Assembly: GCA_965644495.1 (NCBI GenBank)
Contig: CBFFSA010000001.1
Location: forward strand, 124,001-188,000
From: Perkinsela sp. CCAP 1560/9
Lineage: Eukaryota > Protista > Euglenozoa: Kinetoplastea
Direction of reading: 5' to 3'
DNA length: 64,000 bases
Numbering within the stretch: position 1 is the stretch's first letter; each line of letters begins with the position of its first letter. Under the pieces are notes generated by a model, which saw only the letters and a list, made by a program, of their open reading frames with translations, was not told where the DNA came from and ran no database searches. Positions 21,167 to 31,552 of this stretch are shown piece by piece. Both the position numbers and the translations under genes were made by a program.

Positions 21167-21228
21167 GTGAATCATCGGGTTGCATTTTTATGCTCGAAAC
21201 TGTTAGCCAGCAGTCGCCCGATGAGGAT
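21167..21228 (+). promoter_or_regulatory. SECIS element (type II, GUGA core) with a 15-nt inserted side hairpin
   Basis: GUGAA/GGAU core; helix UCAUCGGG+CGA pairs with UCG+CCCGAUGA; unpaired AA; apical CUGUU-AGCC-AGCAG mini-stem. Confidence 0.75.
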
Positions 21229-21433
21229 ACCTCTCTTTCCAGACCACCTCAATCTTTTTATGTTTTTATCTGTTATGCATCCTCTAAATTATTCAAATTT
21301 TTTTGCAGTATAATTAGTAAATATTTTGCAGTTATTATTTAGCTAACTACTTTCTGTTTTTTATCTACCTTGGGACAGATTACCATACTACTTTTGACCA
21401 CTGCGCTATAACATTTTTGTAATTATGAATTGA

Positions 21434-23059
21434 ATGTTGGAGCACCTCTTGGAGTTTCCTTATAATGAAGATCGCTTTATTATCCATGTCGATCTTGATT
21501 GCTTCTACTGTCAAGTGGAGCAGCTACGGCTTCAGATACCCCATGATGTCCCTTGCGTAGTTCAACAATGGGGCAGTCTCATAGCTGTGAACTACGCTGC
21601 AAGGGCTCGTGGCGTGACACGATTTATGCATCTCTCGGAAGCTTTGAGAGTATGTCCCGATGTACGGGCCGTTCACACGGCGACCTACGCTCTCGGAAGT
21701 GTGAATTATGAATACCACTCGAACCCGTCAAAATCTACCCACAAAGTAAGCTTGGAACCTTATCGCCAAGCCTCGCGGCGGATACATAGTCTGATTCAGC
21801 GTGTGGCGGGATCTCTGTGTATTTACGAAAGGGCTGGTATTGATGAAGCTTATATAGACGTCACTCGAGAAGTTTACTTGCGATTGCGAGAGGATGGGAA
21901 CAATTATGTACCGGACATCTCCCAATGGCTTACTGGATTCGGTACTGTTTTACGCAATTCAGCTGCGGACGACACACACAATATCAAACATTTTTACCTT
22001 GCGGCAGAAGTCGCGCACGAAATCCGACAAGCTGTCTTTCAGGAATTGAAATATCGTCTTAGTGCTGGAATTGCATCCACGAAGCCTCTCGCAAAATATG
22101 CCTCTTCAAAGTACAAGCCCAACCAACAAGCTGTTCTGCTGGACTCCGGAGTTTCTGATTTTATGAAAGACATTGAAGTACGTAAGCTAAGGGGCTATGG
22201 CGGCGATTTCGGTAAAAAAGTCACATCTTTACTTGGTGTGCGGACGGCATCTGAACTGTGGGAACATGATTTTGATGCGGTTCACTTGTATTTTGATCTC
22301 TCTACCACAGACTGTATATTGCGCTCGGCTCGAGGTTACTCAGATGCCTCAGTTATTCAAAGAACGCTTCCGAAAAGCATAGTTGCAGCGAAAGAGATCC
22401 CGCCAACGACAAACTTGTTACCCTGGTTGCAAATGTTGTGCGCAGAGGTGGTACATAGGGTGGAAGATCTTGTTGATCTACAAGATGACCGTAGATACCG
22501 GGTTGATCACGACATACACTTTGGTGCATGCCGTAGTACCTTTTACCCGAAGCGCATCACATTAGTGCTACGCTGTGTCCCGGAATGCGGCAACTTGACA
22601 AGGACTAGTTCATATCCTGCGGGCGCAAACGTAAAGGATACGGATGATTCTACGGCATTAGTAGATGCCCTCTTGTCGGACCTTGTTTCACATGTTCCGA
22701 AGAGTAGTACTGAAAACCCATACTGTTTTAGCTTTGTATCGATAAACGCTCATGGATTTGAACATTACAAATACTCAGATCGCGTGAAAGAAATGCAGCG
22801 TAAATCAATTACCCGATATTTTCCGTATAGTGGTAAAAAGATCTGCAGTTCCTTTGCTGGTAGCGATGAGGTGGTGTCCACAGACTCTGAACGTATTGGT
22901 GAACATGGAAATTCCTTAGCTTCATTAAGAAAGAGAAAACTTGAAAAACTAGACACACCTCACTTAGTACGTGGCACCAATGTAGTGGACACGGATTGTA
23001 CGAGTCACACAAATTCGAAAGCAACCAAAAGTAATAGCGAATGTATAATCATAGATTAG
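21434..23059 (+). CDS. POLH: Y-family DNA polymerase eta
   Basis: IIHVDLDCFYCQVE, VQQWGSLIAVNYAAR, VSLEPYR, AGIDEAYIDVT, KPNQQ; PIP-like QRKSITRYF. Confidence 0.92.
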   Translation: MLEHLLEFPYNEDRFIIHVDLDCFYCQVEQLRLQIPHDVPCVVQQWGSLIAVNYAARARGVTRFMHLSEALRVCPDVRAVHTATYALGSVNYEYHSNPSKSTHKVSLEPYRQASRRIHSLIQRVAGSLCIYERAGIDEAYIDVTREVYLRLREDGNNYVPDISQWLTGFGTVLRNSAADDTHNIKHFYLAAEVAHEIRQAVFQELKYRLSAGIASTKPLAKYASSKYKPNQQAVLLDSGVSDFMKDIEVRKLRGYGGDFGKKVTSLLGVRTASELWEHDFDAVHLYFDLSTTDCILRSARGYSDASVIQRTLPKSIVAAKEIPPTTNLLPWLQMLCAEVVHRVEDLVDLQDDRRYRVDHDIHFGACRSTFYPKRITLVLRCVPECGNLTRTSSYPAGANVKDTDDSTALVDALLSDLVSHVPKSSTENPYCFSFVSINAHGFEHYKYSDRVKEMQRKSITRYFPYSGKKICSSFAGSDEVVSTDSERIGEHGNSLASLRKRKLEKLDTPHLVRGTNVVDTDCTSHTNSKATKSNSECIIID

Positions 23060-23253
23060 AGACAACAGTTCAGACTTGTGTGCAAGTTGCAATTCTTTTT
23101 GTCCAGAAGAATCCGACTTCAAATTTATTTTCGTGCTGTTTTCATGATGTAAACGTAACACTATAAGGGCATTGCAGTACACTAACTCTTTTACTATAAA
23201 TCTTTATTATTGAGTTCATGTAGAGTATCCCGATTATCCTTGCAAATGTTCTA

Positions 23254-23772
23254 ATGATTCATATATCTCGACTTACACGTGCTTGGCATTACATACACCC
23301 TAAATCAGGAAAGCCCGTTAAGCAACCCAGACAACACGGCGACCCTAGGTATATCAATAATGAAGCTGCCATGATTCGCGGCATATGGGGTCTCATAACA
23401 ACAGATTTTGGGTGTATTACAATGTCTCAAATGGAAGAGGCACGATTGGCAATTCTCCAGCGTTTGCCCTCGTCCGGGTTCTTTCAGCTCCACATGCACT
23501 CTGACCGGGAAGAAATACCGATAGGGTACAAGCCAACCGAGGCAAGAATGGGGAAAGGGAAGACAGCTATTCATCATTACGTATTTAAAGTCACCACGGG
23601 TGTGCCACTCTTTGAGATTGTTCTACATCCCGATCGAACAGATCCCACGAGAAGGATAATGATGTCTCGAGCTGAAGCTGAGGTTATTTTTCTGAAGGGG
23701 AGAGTCTGTCTCCCGATAGAAACCATTGTAGTTCCTCAGGGCAGAGTAGATGAATATCGCATCTTTAAATAG
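23254..23772 (+). CDS. Mitochondrial ribosomal protein uL16m-like
   Basis: GIWGL...G.IT..QMEEAR.AI, KP.EARMGKGK..I.HYV, LFEI. Confidence 0.85.
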   Translation: MIHISRLTRAWHYIHPKSGKPVKQPRQHGDPRYINNEAAMIRGIWGLITTDFGCITMSQMEEARLAILQRLPSSGFFQLHMHSDREEIPIGYKPTEARMGKGKTAIHHYVFKVTTGVPLFEIVLHPDRTDPTRRIMMSRAEAEVIFLKGRVCLPIETIVVPQGRVDEYRIFK

Positions 23773-23957
23773 CCGGTGAACAGAGATAAGAAAATGCGTT
23801 GGTGATTTAAAGATTCACTGTAAATATTTTACCATAATTTTCAACAGAAAACACGAGCATAATGAAAATCGGTGATTTGTTTACATTCATCTACATTCCT
23901 TAGTTTTTACGTGGGCATTTTTGTTTGCCCTTGCTTCAATAAATTAAATAGTAAGAC

Positions 23958-25352
23958 ATGTCCGCGGTTCATCTTCCGAATGGTTGTCAGCCCATAGAGG
24001 ACAAGCACACCTGTTACCACCCGCTTAGGGCAGTTAAAAAGGCCACAGTGCTTGAGATTCGTAGAGCACATCCCGAACGACCTCGACCTCCGCCTTCTCC
24101 CCGACATCGCGCAACGAGGGCTCTCATGATTGCACTCTGCCTCTGCTTTGGATTTATGATTCTTGAGTTCTTCGGAGGAATTTATGGTCATAGTCTTGCC
24201 TTGCTTACAGACGCTGCTCATCTGCTCACGGATGTGGGAGCATTGTCGGTTGCACTCCTGTCCGTTCGTCTGGCTTCTCGAAAGAGCACATCGAAATACA
24301 CTTACGGGTGGCACAGGGCAGAAGTTGTGGGAGCCTTAATATCAGTTCTCACAATATGGGCTCTAGTTGCGCTTATTCTAATAGAGAGTGCACAAAGAAT
24401 GTATCGATTCGGCAAGTGCCGGCGCAGCATAGGAAGAAAAGTGTCTTTTGCTACCGATCTTAACGATACATACTTTTGGAATCCCTTTCAAGAATCTACT
24501 CCCGAATCCCATCAAGCGGTTTCTTACTCGAAAGATTATTGTACGGAAGTCGACGCTCGTATGATGACCATATTAGGCATAGTGGGTCTCCTTGTAAATA
24601 TTTCCGTCGCTTTGATTCTTCACTTTGCTTCTCGTGAAAGGAAAACATCATGCACATCAAGTCTCATGCCGTATTCGGCGGACTTTAATACTCTTTCAGA
24701 GCCGCAAGTCGAAGCTTCCGTTGGAAGCTCTACTCCCCAACAGGGGGAAGCTCAACTCAATGATGAGAGTAATTCAAAATCAAGCGCCACAAAGGAGATT
24801 TTCGCACAGGAGCCACTGTTAAATTCGCAACCTGCACACGTAAATTTAAATATCCGAGGCGCCTTTTTGCACGCCTTGGGTGACTGTCTGCAGTCCATTG
24901 GGGTTATTCTCGCCGGGATGTCGATATGGATAGGGGGAATTGGTCCGTGCTCAAAATACAACATTGCTGATCCATTATCTTCATTAGTGTTTGCTGCCGC
25001 CACATTGTACTCTACAAAAAATTTATTTCGAGACCTCTGGGGTATATTACTCGAGTCGTGTCCCCCATCAGTGTCTTATGCTGATGTCTATGATGATTTA
25101 CTCAATCTTCCTCATGTGAGACAAGTCGACGACATGCACTTATGGTCACTCAGCAATGAGCATAAATGTGCAACGGTCCGGTTAATTATTGACAGCCAGG
25201 CGGGAGAGGGTCGAGGGAGATATTCTCGAGCCGTACAAGATGCGAAGCAAATTTTTATCTCGTACGGTATAACACATAGCACTGTTGAAATAATGTTGGT
25301 CGATTTTATTGCTGATCCCGCAGTGAACTATGGCACAGAGTTGTTAACTTGA
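23958..25352 (+). CDS. Cation diffusion facilitator (ZnT-type zinc transporter)
   Basis: SLALLTDAAHLLTD, TYGWHRAEVVGAL, NIRGAFLHALGD, DDMHLWSL. Confidence 0.95.
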   Translation: MSAVHLPNGCQPIEDKHTCYHPLRAVKKATVLEIRRAHPERPRPPPSPRHRATRALMIALCLCFGFMILEFFGGIYGHSLALLTDAAHLLTDVGALSVALLSVRLASRKSTSKYTYGWHRAEVVGALISVLTIWALVALILIESAQRMYRFGKCRRSIGRKVSFATDLNDTYFWNPFQESTPESHQAVSYSKDYCTEVDARMMTILGIVGLLVNISVALILHFASRERKTSCTSSLMPYSADFNTLSEPQVEASVGSSTPQQGEAQLNDESNSKSSATKEIFAQEPLLNSQPAHVNLNIRGAFLHALGDCLQSIGVILAGMSIWIGGIGPCSKYNIADPLSSLVFAAATLYSTKNLFRDLWGILLESCPPSVSYADVYDDLLNLPHVRQVDDMHLWSLSNEHKCATVRLIIDSQAGEGRGRYSRAVQDAKQIFISYGITHSTVEIMLVDFIADPAVNYGTELLT

Positions 25353-25794
25353 TGTTGGGGAAAGGCTTTGAGCACATTATCCAACCCTTCTGTATTATTT
25401 ATACAAGACATATTATTGACACAACAATACATGTTTATGTATTGTGAGAGTAAGCAACCAAGGAAACGTTGCCCCTTTTTCCCCTGCGTTACTGTGATTT
25501 TTTCCTTCGGGTGAGTCGTCATACATGTACTGGATACACTGTATCGTACAGTGCACGTACAGTATGTAAACAGTATACGTATGAATATGTCTATGAGTAT
25601 ACTGAATACTCTTGTTTTTTCCGGTTTCAAGCAAAAAATAATATAGACGTGCTCTGAAAATTAGCATTCAAAAAGTGTTTACATCTCAAATAATTTACAA
25701 GTTACGTTCTCGATTTCCAGACTTTAGCATAACTATCACAGGGTGTTTACGTTGTTGATTTTCAATGTAATTAGGGTTTTTTAGCACATCTTAA

Positions 25795-26718
25795 ATGAGA
25801 AAGGGTTCTGGCGGAATTCTCTGTTCCATTCATCCAAGAAATGAAGGCTTGGCGAGAAAAGAATGTGAACAGATCGTGGAAGAATGCCTTAATTCTGTTT
25901 CACATGCCTCTAGTTCTGATCAAATAGTGCCCAGCAGTTCAGCATCGCTTTTGGAATCTTTTCTCAATGAACTTATAGAATTACAAGATATCCAAAGGCG
26001 CAAAAGTGAAAAACACGTGAGAAAGGCGAGACGCATTGTAGCTCCGAGTGTGCGGGGCTATCTTTTTGCACGAATAGAAACCCGTCCTCCAGGCAGAGAC
26101 GATATGAATGATGAAAAATTGGAAACGATGGGAATGATAAAAACTTCGAATGATGACACTCAAGGCATCACAAGTGATACATCCAGCACCAATGGCTTTC
26201 CTTTTGGATTATCAGCGCCTTTCGCAGTCTGGACCTGGATTCGCAAAAGGAAATTACATCCTCGCAATGTATACCATATTTATCCTGTGACCCACATTTG
26301 TCGCTCCAAAGTGAGCGAAATTCTACATACGAGCTATAGTGTCATAAGTGAGGCGCTCGCCATGATCCATTGGCTAGAAAAAACACTGCCTCCTCATGCT
26401 TCTTCGGATTTACCACCGCTTTACGTTACTGTAGATATTAAGGTTCGATCACATACTAGGCTTTCTGCTGAATGTAGTAATCTTAAATGTGCTCTCCTGA
26501 ACCACTGTTGGGAAATTTCTAACCGCTTCATTTACGAAGACCGGCATAGCAGTAAAAAAGGGGAAGAGAGTGTCATTAATATGAAACGAAATGCTCCACA
26601 GTCGGTATTATTTTTTATTTTCGTGCTTCATCAAGAGGCTTATCTGGGATATTGCTTAGACTACAATCTCCTCGGACAATACAATTTACATTTTAATGTC
26701 GAAGGAAAGCTTGGGTAA
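25795..26718 (+). CDS. Divergent THUMP-domain protein (Tan1/THUMPD1-like)
   Basis: N-terminal GILCS....NE..A.KE, 'NELIELQ' and C-terminal 'YNL' resemble Tan1/THUMPD1. Confidence 0.55.
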   Translation: MRKGSGGILCSIHPRNEGLARKECEQIVEECLNSVSHASSSDQIVPSSSASLLESFLNELIELQDIQRRKSEKHVRKARRIVAPSVRGYLFARIETRPPGRDDMNDEKLETMGMIKTSNDDTQGITSDTSSTNGFPFGLSAPFAVWTWIRKRKLHPRNVYHIYPVTHICRSKVSEILHTSYSVISEALAMIHWLEKTLPPHASSDLPPLYVTVDIKVRSHTRLSAECSNLKCALLNHCWEISNRFIYEDRHSSKKGEESVINMKRNAPQSVLFFIFVLHQEAYLGYCLDYNLLGQYNLHFNVEGKLG

Positions 26719-26883
26719 AAATTCGCGGTACATTACACTTACATCACTATAGATTTTGATACTAAAGTGTCGGGCATGTGTATTGAAGTTTAAGGTTTAA
26801 CAATTACACTTGTATTTCTAATCGTAACATTCTTCTCGTCCGCAGAACTTTTCACGTTTTTACTCCACGGTATTTAAGATATC

Positions 26884-28047
26884 ATGATTTCAAATGGACG
26901 CTCTAGAATACATGTTTTCTGCATAATAGCGTTTATTGCTTCGAACATTTTGGGGGTGCACAGCTGGCCCTTTGCTCCGCAGAATCAGGAAGAAATTACG
27001 GATCCGGATTATTACGGAGTTCTAGAACTGAATGCAGGAGAAGATAGCTCAGTCAAAGACATTAAAAGGCAGTTTCGATTGTTAAGCAAGAAATACCACC
27101 CCGACCATAATACTACCGATGAGGCGCGTGATAGGTACACAAAAATTCAAAGAGCTCATGAGATTCTTTCCAACCGAAAAAAAAGAAAAGTGTACGATAT
27201 GAAGGGCGAAGCTGGTATTAAAATGTTTGAAACACAAGAAAAGGCCGGGGGTACTCCTGGACATGATCTATTGACAAAACTTTTTGGGGGGAACGTTGAT
27301 GCAACACATGGGCCTCATTTGCAACTTGCCGCAATGGTTAATCTCACAGATATTTACAATGGCGCCAATCACGAGGTGGTGATCAGAAAGCAAAAAGTGT
27401 GTAAGGAATGTAAAGGTACGGGTGCTGAAACTCCGGATGACCTTAAGGCCTGCGTTACGTGTCAGGGACAGGGTATTGTGCTCCAAAGAGTAAGTCTTGG
27501 ACCTGGTATGGTACAACAAGTTCAGAGCCAGTGTCCATCTTGCCACGGAATGGGTAAAAGTATTGTGCGAAAATGTCCTCGTTGCAAAGGCAAGAAAACG
27601 TACAAAACGAATTTCACGCTCGAATTTGAAATTGAGAAAGGCATTCCGGACGGATATAAAATCGTTTTTGACCTCGAAGCAGATGAGAGTCCTGACACGC
27701 TTCCGGGCGATATTATATTGCGAATCATCAACGCAGAGCATCCAGTATTTACGCGACACAAATCTAAGCCAGAAGATCTGGTCGCGATGCAAACTCTTTC
27801 TTTATTCGAGAGCTTAACTGGTTTTCAGCGAATTCTACCACATTTAGACGGTCACGAAATACACATATTCAGGGACGCATCAAAAATAACGGCACACAAT
27901 GAAACCATTACCATGAAAGGGGAGGGTTTGCCCCTTCAAAATGTACCCAGTGAAATGGGTGATTTGCAAGTTCGATTCAACGTACAATGGCCCCAAACAT
28001 CCTTTTCTGCGGAACAGAAAGAAACTCTACGGAGGCTCCTAAAGTAA
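26884..28047 (+). CDS. ER-lumenal type I DnaJ/Hsp40 (Scj1/ERdj3-like)
   Basis: Signal peptide, J-domain with HPD, four CxxCxGxG-type repeats, DnaJ_C. Confidence 0.93.
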   Translation: MISNGRSRIHVFCIIAFIASNILGVHSWPFAPQNQEEITDPDYYGVLELNAGEDSSVKDIKRQFRLLSKKYHPDHNTTDEARDRYTKIQRAHEILSNRKKRKVYDMKGEAGIKMFETQEKAGGTPGHDLLTKLFGGNVDATHGPHLQLAAMVNLTDIYNGANHEVVIRKQKVCKECKGTGAETPDDLKACVTCQGQGIVLQRVSLGPGMVQQVQSQCPSCHGMGKSIVRKCPRCKGKKTYKTNFTLEFEIEKGIPDGYKIVFDLEADESPDTLPGDIILRIINAEHPVFTRHKSKPEDLVAMQTLSLFESLTGFQRILPHLDGHEIHIFRDASKITAHNETITMKGEGLPLQNVPSEMGDLQVRFNVQWPQTSFSAEQKETLRRLLK

Positions 28048-28329
28048 AAGCCTCTGAGTGCAGCGCCATACGTGTTGGGTGAGCTTATCCGTGTTGGATT
28101 GTTTCTCTACGCAAAACAATGAGGTGGTCTGGTAGTGGCAGAAGGTAAATTTTAAATTTAGTTTGCTATTTTCCATATTCTATGTAATGGGAATAAATCT
28201 TTTATGGGAAGAAACAAAGGTTGTACCAAATATTTAATCTATTTTAAGACCTGGCTATATTTACACAAACATTTTACACCCATTTTACTATCCCGTGTTT
28301 TGCCGCACGGAGAGCAACAATAGTTCAGT

Positions 28330-29433
28330 ATGCGAAAAGAAAGAAGAAAACCTACGGGACTGACACTAGCGGAGGGTATGTGCCCTACTGAGGCAGAATC
28401 TCACCTCGGACTACGGATTACGGACACCCTTACACTTCAGATCGATCTCCCGCTAGCTAGAGAAGGAAATGGGGAGGATAGTCCCACACCTCATACCCAA
28501 GTGCGCGTAAAGCGGGATGGCGTAAAAAGAGATACCGAAAGCGCCACACAAAAGATACGATTCGAGGATTTGAAAATTGGCCAAGTTATCGGAGAAGGAT
28601 CACAAGCGAAAGTCCGCAAAGTACTTCACCCCGCAAGTGGCACCATATACGCCCTCAAACAACTAACCTTCAGCGATGACCGCGACGCCATGCGCAAAGT
28701 CCTCCAAACCGAACTCCGCAGTGTCGTCCTCATGCCCCCCCACCCCCACCTCGTGAAATCCTTCGAGGCCTTCTTCCGCAACGGGGTCCTCATGATCCTC
28801 CTCGAGCACATGCCCTACGGCACCCTCTGTGACATCTACCACCACACCACCACCATCCCCGAACCCCCGCTCTCCGTCATCGCCGCCCACCTCCTCTCCG
28901 GTCTCGTCTTCCTGCGCCACCAAAAAGTCGTCCACCGGGACATCAAACCCACCAACCTGCTCGTCTCCCCCACCGGGGTCACCAAGATCTCCGACTTCGG
29001 GGTCAGTGCCTACGTGCAGCCCAGCCGCCTCGACCTTACCCTGGCCCCCGTGGGGTCGACCCCGTACATGTCCCCCGAGCGGGCCCGCGGGGACCCGTAC
29101 TCGTACCCCAGCGACGTGTGGAGCGCGGGGGTGACCATCGCGGAGTGCGCCCTCGGGGCCTACCCCTTCGGCGCCCCCCTCAAGGCGATGGCCTTTGAGC
29201 TCAGCGCGGCGATCGCGGAGGCCCGGGTGGTGGTGGGGTGGGGGGAGACGGGGCCCTCGGAGGCGCTGCGGTCGTTCGTGGGGCTGTGCCTGACGCCGGA
29301 CCCCCGGGAGAGGCCCTCGGCGGAGACACTGCTGTCGCACCCGTTTGTGGTGGCGGGGAGGGGGGAGGAGGGGAGGGTGGAGGCGTGGTTGAGGGGGGTG
29401 TATGGGAGGGGGCAGGGGAGAGAGAGAGGGTAA
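28330..29433 (+). CDS. MAP kinase kinase (STE7 family)
   Basis: IGEGSQAKV, YALK, HRDIKPTN, ISDFGVS, VGSTPYMSPER, SDVWSAG. Confidence 0.9.
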   Translation: MRKERRKPTGLTLAEGMCPTEAESHLGLRITDTLTLQIDLPLAREGNGEDSPTPHTQVRVKRDGVKRDTESATQKIRFEDLKIGQVIGEGSQAKVRKVLHPASGTIYALKQLTFSDDRDAMRKVLQTELRSVVLMPPHPHLVKSFEAFFRNGVLMILLEHMPYGTLCDIYHHTTTIPEPPLSVIAAHLLSGLVFLRHQKVVHRDIKPTNLLVSPTGVTKISDFGVSAYVQPSRLDLTLAPVGSTPYMSPERARGDPYSYPSDVWSAGVTIAECALGAYPFGAPLKAMAFELSAAIAEARVVVGWGETGPSEALRSFVGLCLTPDPRERPSAETLLSHPFVVAGRGEEGRVEAWLRGVYGRGQGRERG

Positions 29434-29851
29434 GGTGTCGCAATGTTGTGAGCGGGGATGAAGGGTTGGGATGAGGGTGGGGGAGAGGGGTGAAGTTGCG
29501 GCCGTAGGTCAGGGTTGGGGCAACAACCTGGCGTTGTGGTGTTGTACGAAAACCGTAGCGGAACAATCAAGAAGCGGAACACGCTGTTCGTGCTTGTGGT
29601 CGGGTAGGAGAAATCGCTACATTGGTGTCGACCTAAATGCTCAAATTCCCCCGCAGTGAGCTTATGTTTTGTTTGGGCCTCATCGAGGGATACCTCGCTT
29701 CGGAAAAACCATAAAGGAGATTTTCCAAGTTCACAATTAGTGCCTTGTGCAGTTGTTGCGTTTTTTTAACATTTTTAACATGAAGTATTAAAATTCTCTG
29801 CGAAAAAATTAGTCTTTTTTTCAAGAAACAGTGCTCATAAACGGACATGTA

Positions 29852-30619
29852 CACTATCGTTCAGCTATAAGTCCCCCCCCTTTATTTTTGGGTCGCGCGT
29901 CCGTTTGACTTAATTCCAGCGGCAAACGAGAGATCTCGATCTCTAGCCTATCTTTGCCGGTCTTCGTTTTTTGTAAGAACTTAATATACGCTTTTGGCAC
30001 TCAAAATATTGGTCAAAAATGGCATTTTCCAATGTACAGTCAAATTTTCCCTTTTTTTCTCATTGACACTACCCGTTTTATACCCATGGTGAGGAACCAC
30101 AGGTCGAGTTACCTCAACTCGGAGCGTACGATGCTCGCAATGGGCATTTCGTTTGTTATTGAACGAAAATGCGGTGCTTCCACCACTTCCATCTCTAAAA
30201 AATATAAAGTTGATAAAAAAAATGGTACGAAAATGGGTAAAAATGTACAATGAGAAAAAAATGTGTTCAGAGTACTTAAAACATACACCTTCTTGTATGA
30301 ACAAGGTGTTGGAGAGCGGGGGTTGGAATATTGGATATTAAGCTTGTCTTTGCGTAATCTTCTCTTCCTGCAGTGATTGCATTTATGGGGTTTTACCTGG
30401 TAAATATATCAAAAAAAGGGAGCATTTTTGTAAAAAAAATCATTTGTTCGGCTCATTTTTTTCAAAAAATACTTCGACCCTAATGAGTCGAGAAAAACCA
30501 GTTTAAACGTCGGGAAACGCACTTACGTAAAATTCTCTACACGTTCAAAAAAAGGATGATAAAAAACAGACCTGTTTTTCAAAATTCGAGGGGGGGGGGC
30601 TTATAGCTGATTGTTAGTG
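29852..30619. mobile_element. MITE / non-autonomous DNA transposon, CACTA...TAGTG termini, TA flanks
   Basis: TA|CACTATCGTTCAGCTATAAGTCCCCCCCC vs reverse complement of the right end CACTAACAATCAGCTATAAGCCCCCCCCC; AT-rich noncoding interior. Confidence 0.8.
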
Positions 30620-30712
30620 TATATGCGGCATACCCACTTTAATTGTATTACTTGTGCTTCTTACTTTAATTGTATTACTTTTGCTAAATAATCAGTATTA
30701 TCTAAAGGAATA

Positions 30713-30931
30713 ATGACATTTTCCAGCTTCTTCCAGCGTGCATTCAAAAGTATTCAACTTACAGCAAGTCATCCTTACCGTGGTCAGCTGGTGACGCTCA
30801 GCTTTCTGACTCTTAGTGTCGTTACTATATGGGTACATCGAGACCAGCATGATAAATCATGGAAGCACGTTCAGCGAGAGTTTACTTCGACAAGAGGCAA
30901 GGATGCATCGGTATGGAAAAATGGCTTCTGA
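30713..30931 (+). CDS. Small single-TM hypothetical protein
   Basis: 72-aa ATG ORF with one hydrophobic segment. Confidence 0.5.
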   Translation: MTFSSFFQRAFKSIQLTASHPYRGQLVTLSFLTLSVVTIWVHRDQHDKSWKHVQREFTSTRGKDASVWKNGF

Positions 30932-31552
30932 CGCAGTTGAGCTCGTTGGCCCGAACTGCCATCTAAGTTTGATGGCGCATGGTATAAATCAGTTGAGGTT
31001 TTCCTATGAAGTTGGATATAAGTCGTAACTAATTTTTCAATACTTTACCTCGAGATGCCTCCGTCTTACTGCATCCACGTGCCCCCCATCTTGGTGTACC
31101 AGTGAACTATGATTTCAACGCGGCTCTTAAAAACGTAGTAATTGTTCGCGCTCTTTCCCTGTCGTCAATGTAGAAGGCAGGGGGAGGCACAGATGGCAAA
31201 GGGGGTGTCAGAGAGTCTTTATTAATGGGGGTCACAGATTACAGTGGTTCTCTAGTCAAGGGGGTTAAAGGGGAGTTCACAGCCCTACTAGTTTAATTTA
31301 CTAACTAAAGTACGTTTTGCTAGAGAGAAATGATTTTTTCTGCGAATTCAAGCAAATTAAAATTGTTGAAAATTTTACTCAAGTGGTAATGAGCTTACAT
31401 ATTATTCTTCAACTTCGTAATTTCTTCGACTCGTAATAAGCCTATCTTATTCTTATTTTATGGTAAAGTGATATGTGCAGACCCAAAAAGAATTGAATTC
31501 ACTAAATGATTTACAATATATTGAAAATGTGAATTGCGAACCTATTCATTCA

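Noticed and set aside
13169-21228. SerRS and SelK as a selenium gene cluster; likewise SUMO and the SP-RING ligase
   Set aside because: Separated by unrelated genes; proximity in such arrays is not evidence of functional linkage
28600-29520. GC islands as horizontally acquired or contaminant DNA
   Set aside because: Composition grades smoothly into background within single conserved ORFs, with no junctions
31150-31292. G-rich patch with GGGGGTCACAG resembling the 49850 terminus
   Set aside because: No partner end or ORF; at most a TE scrap
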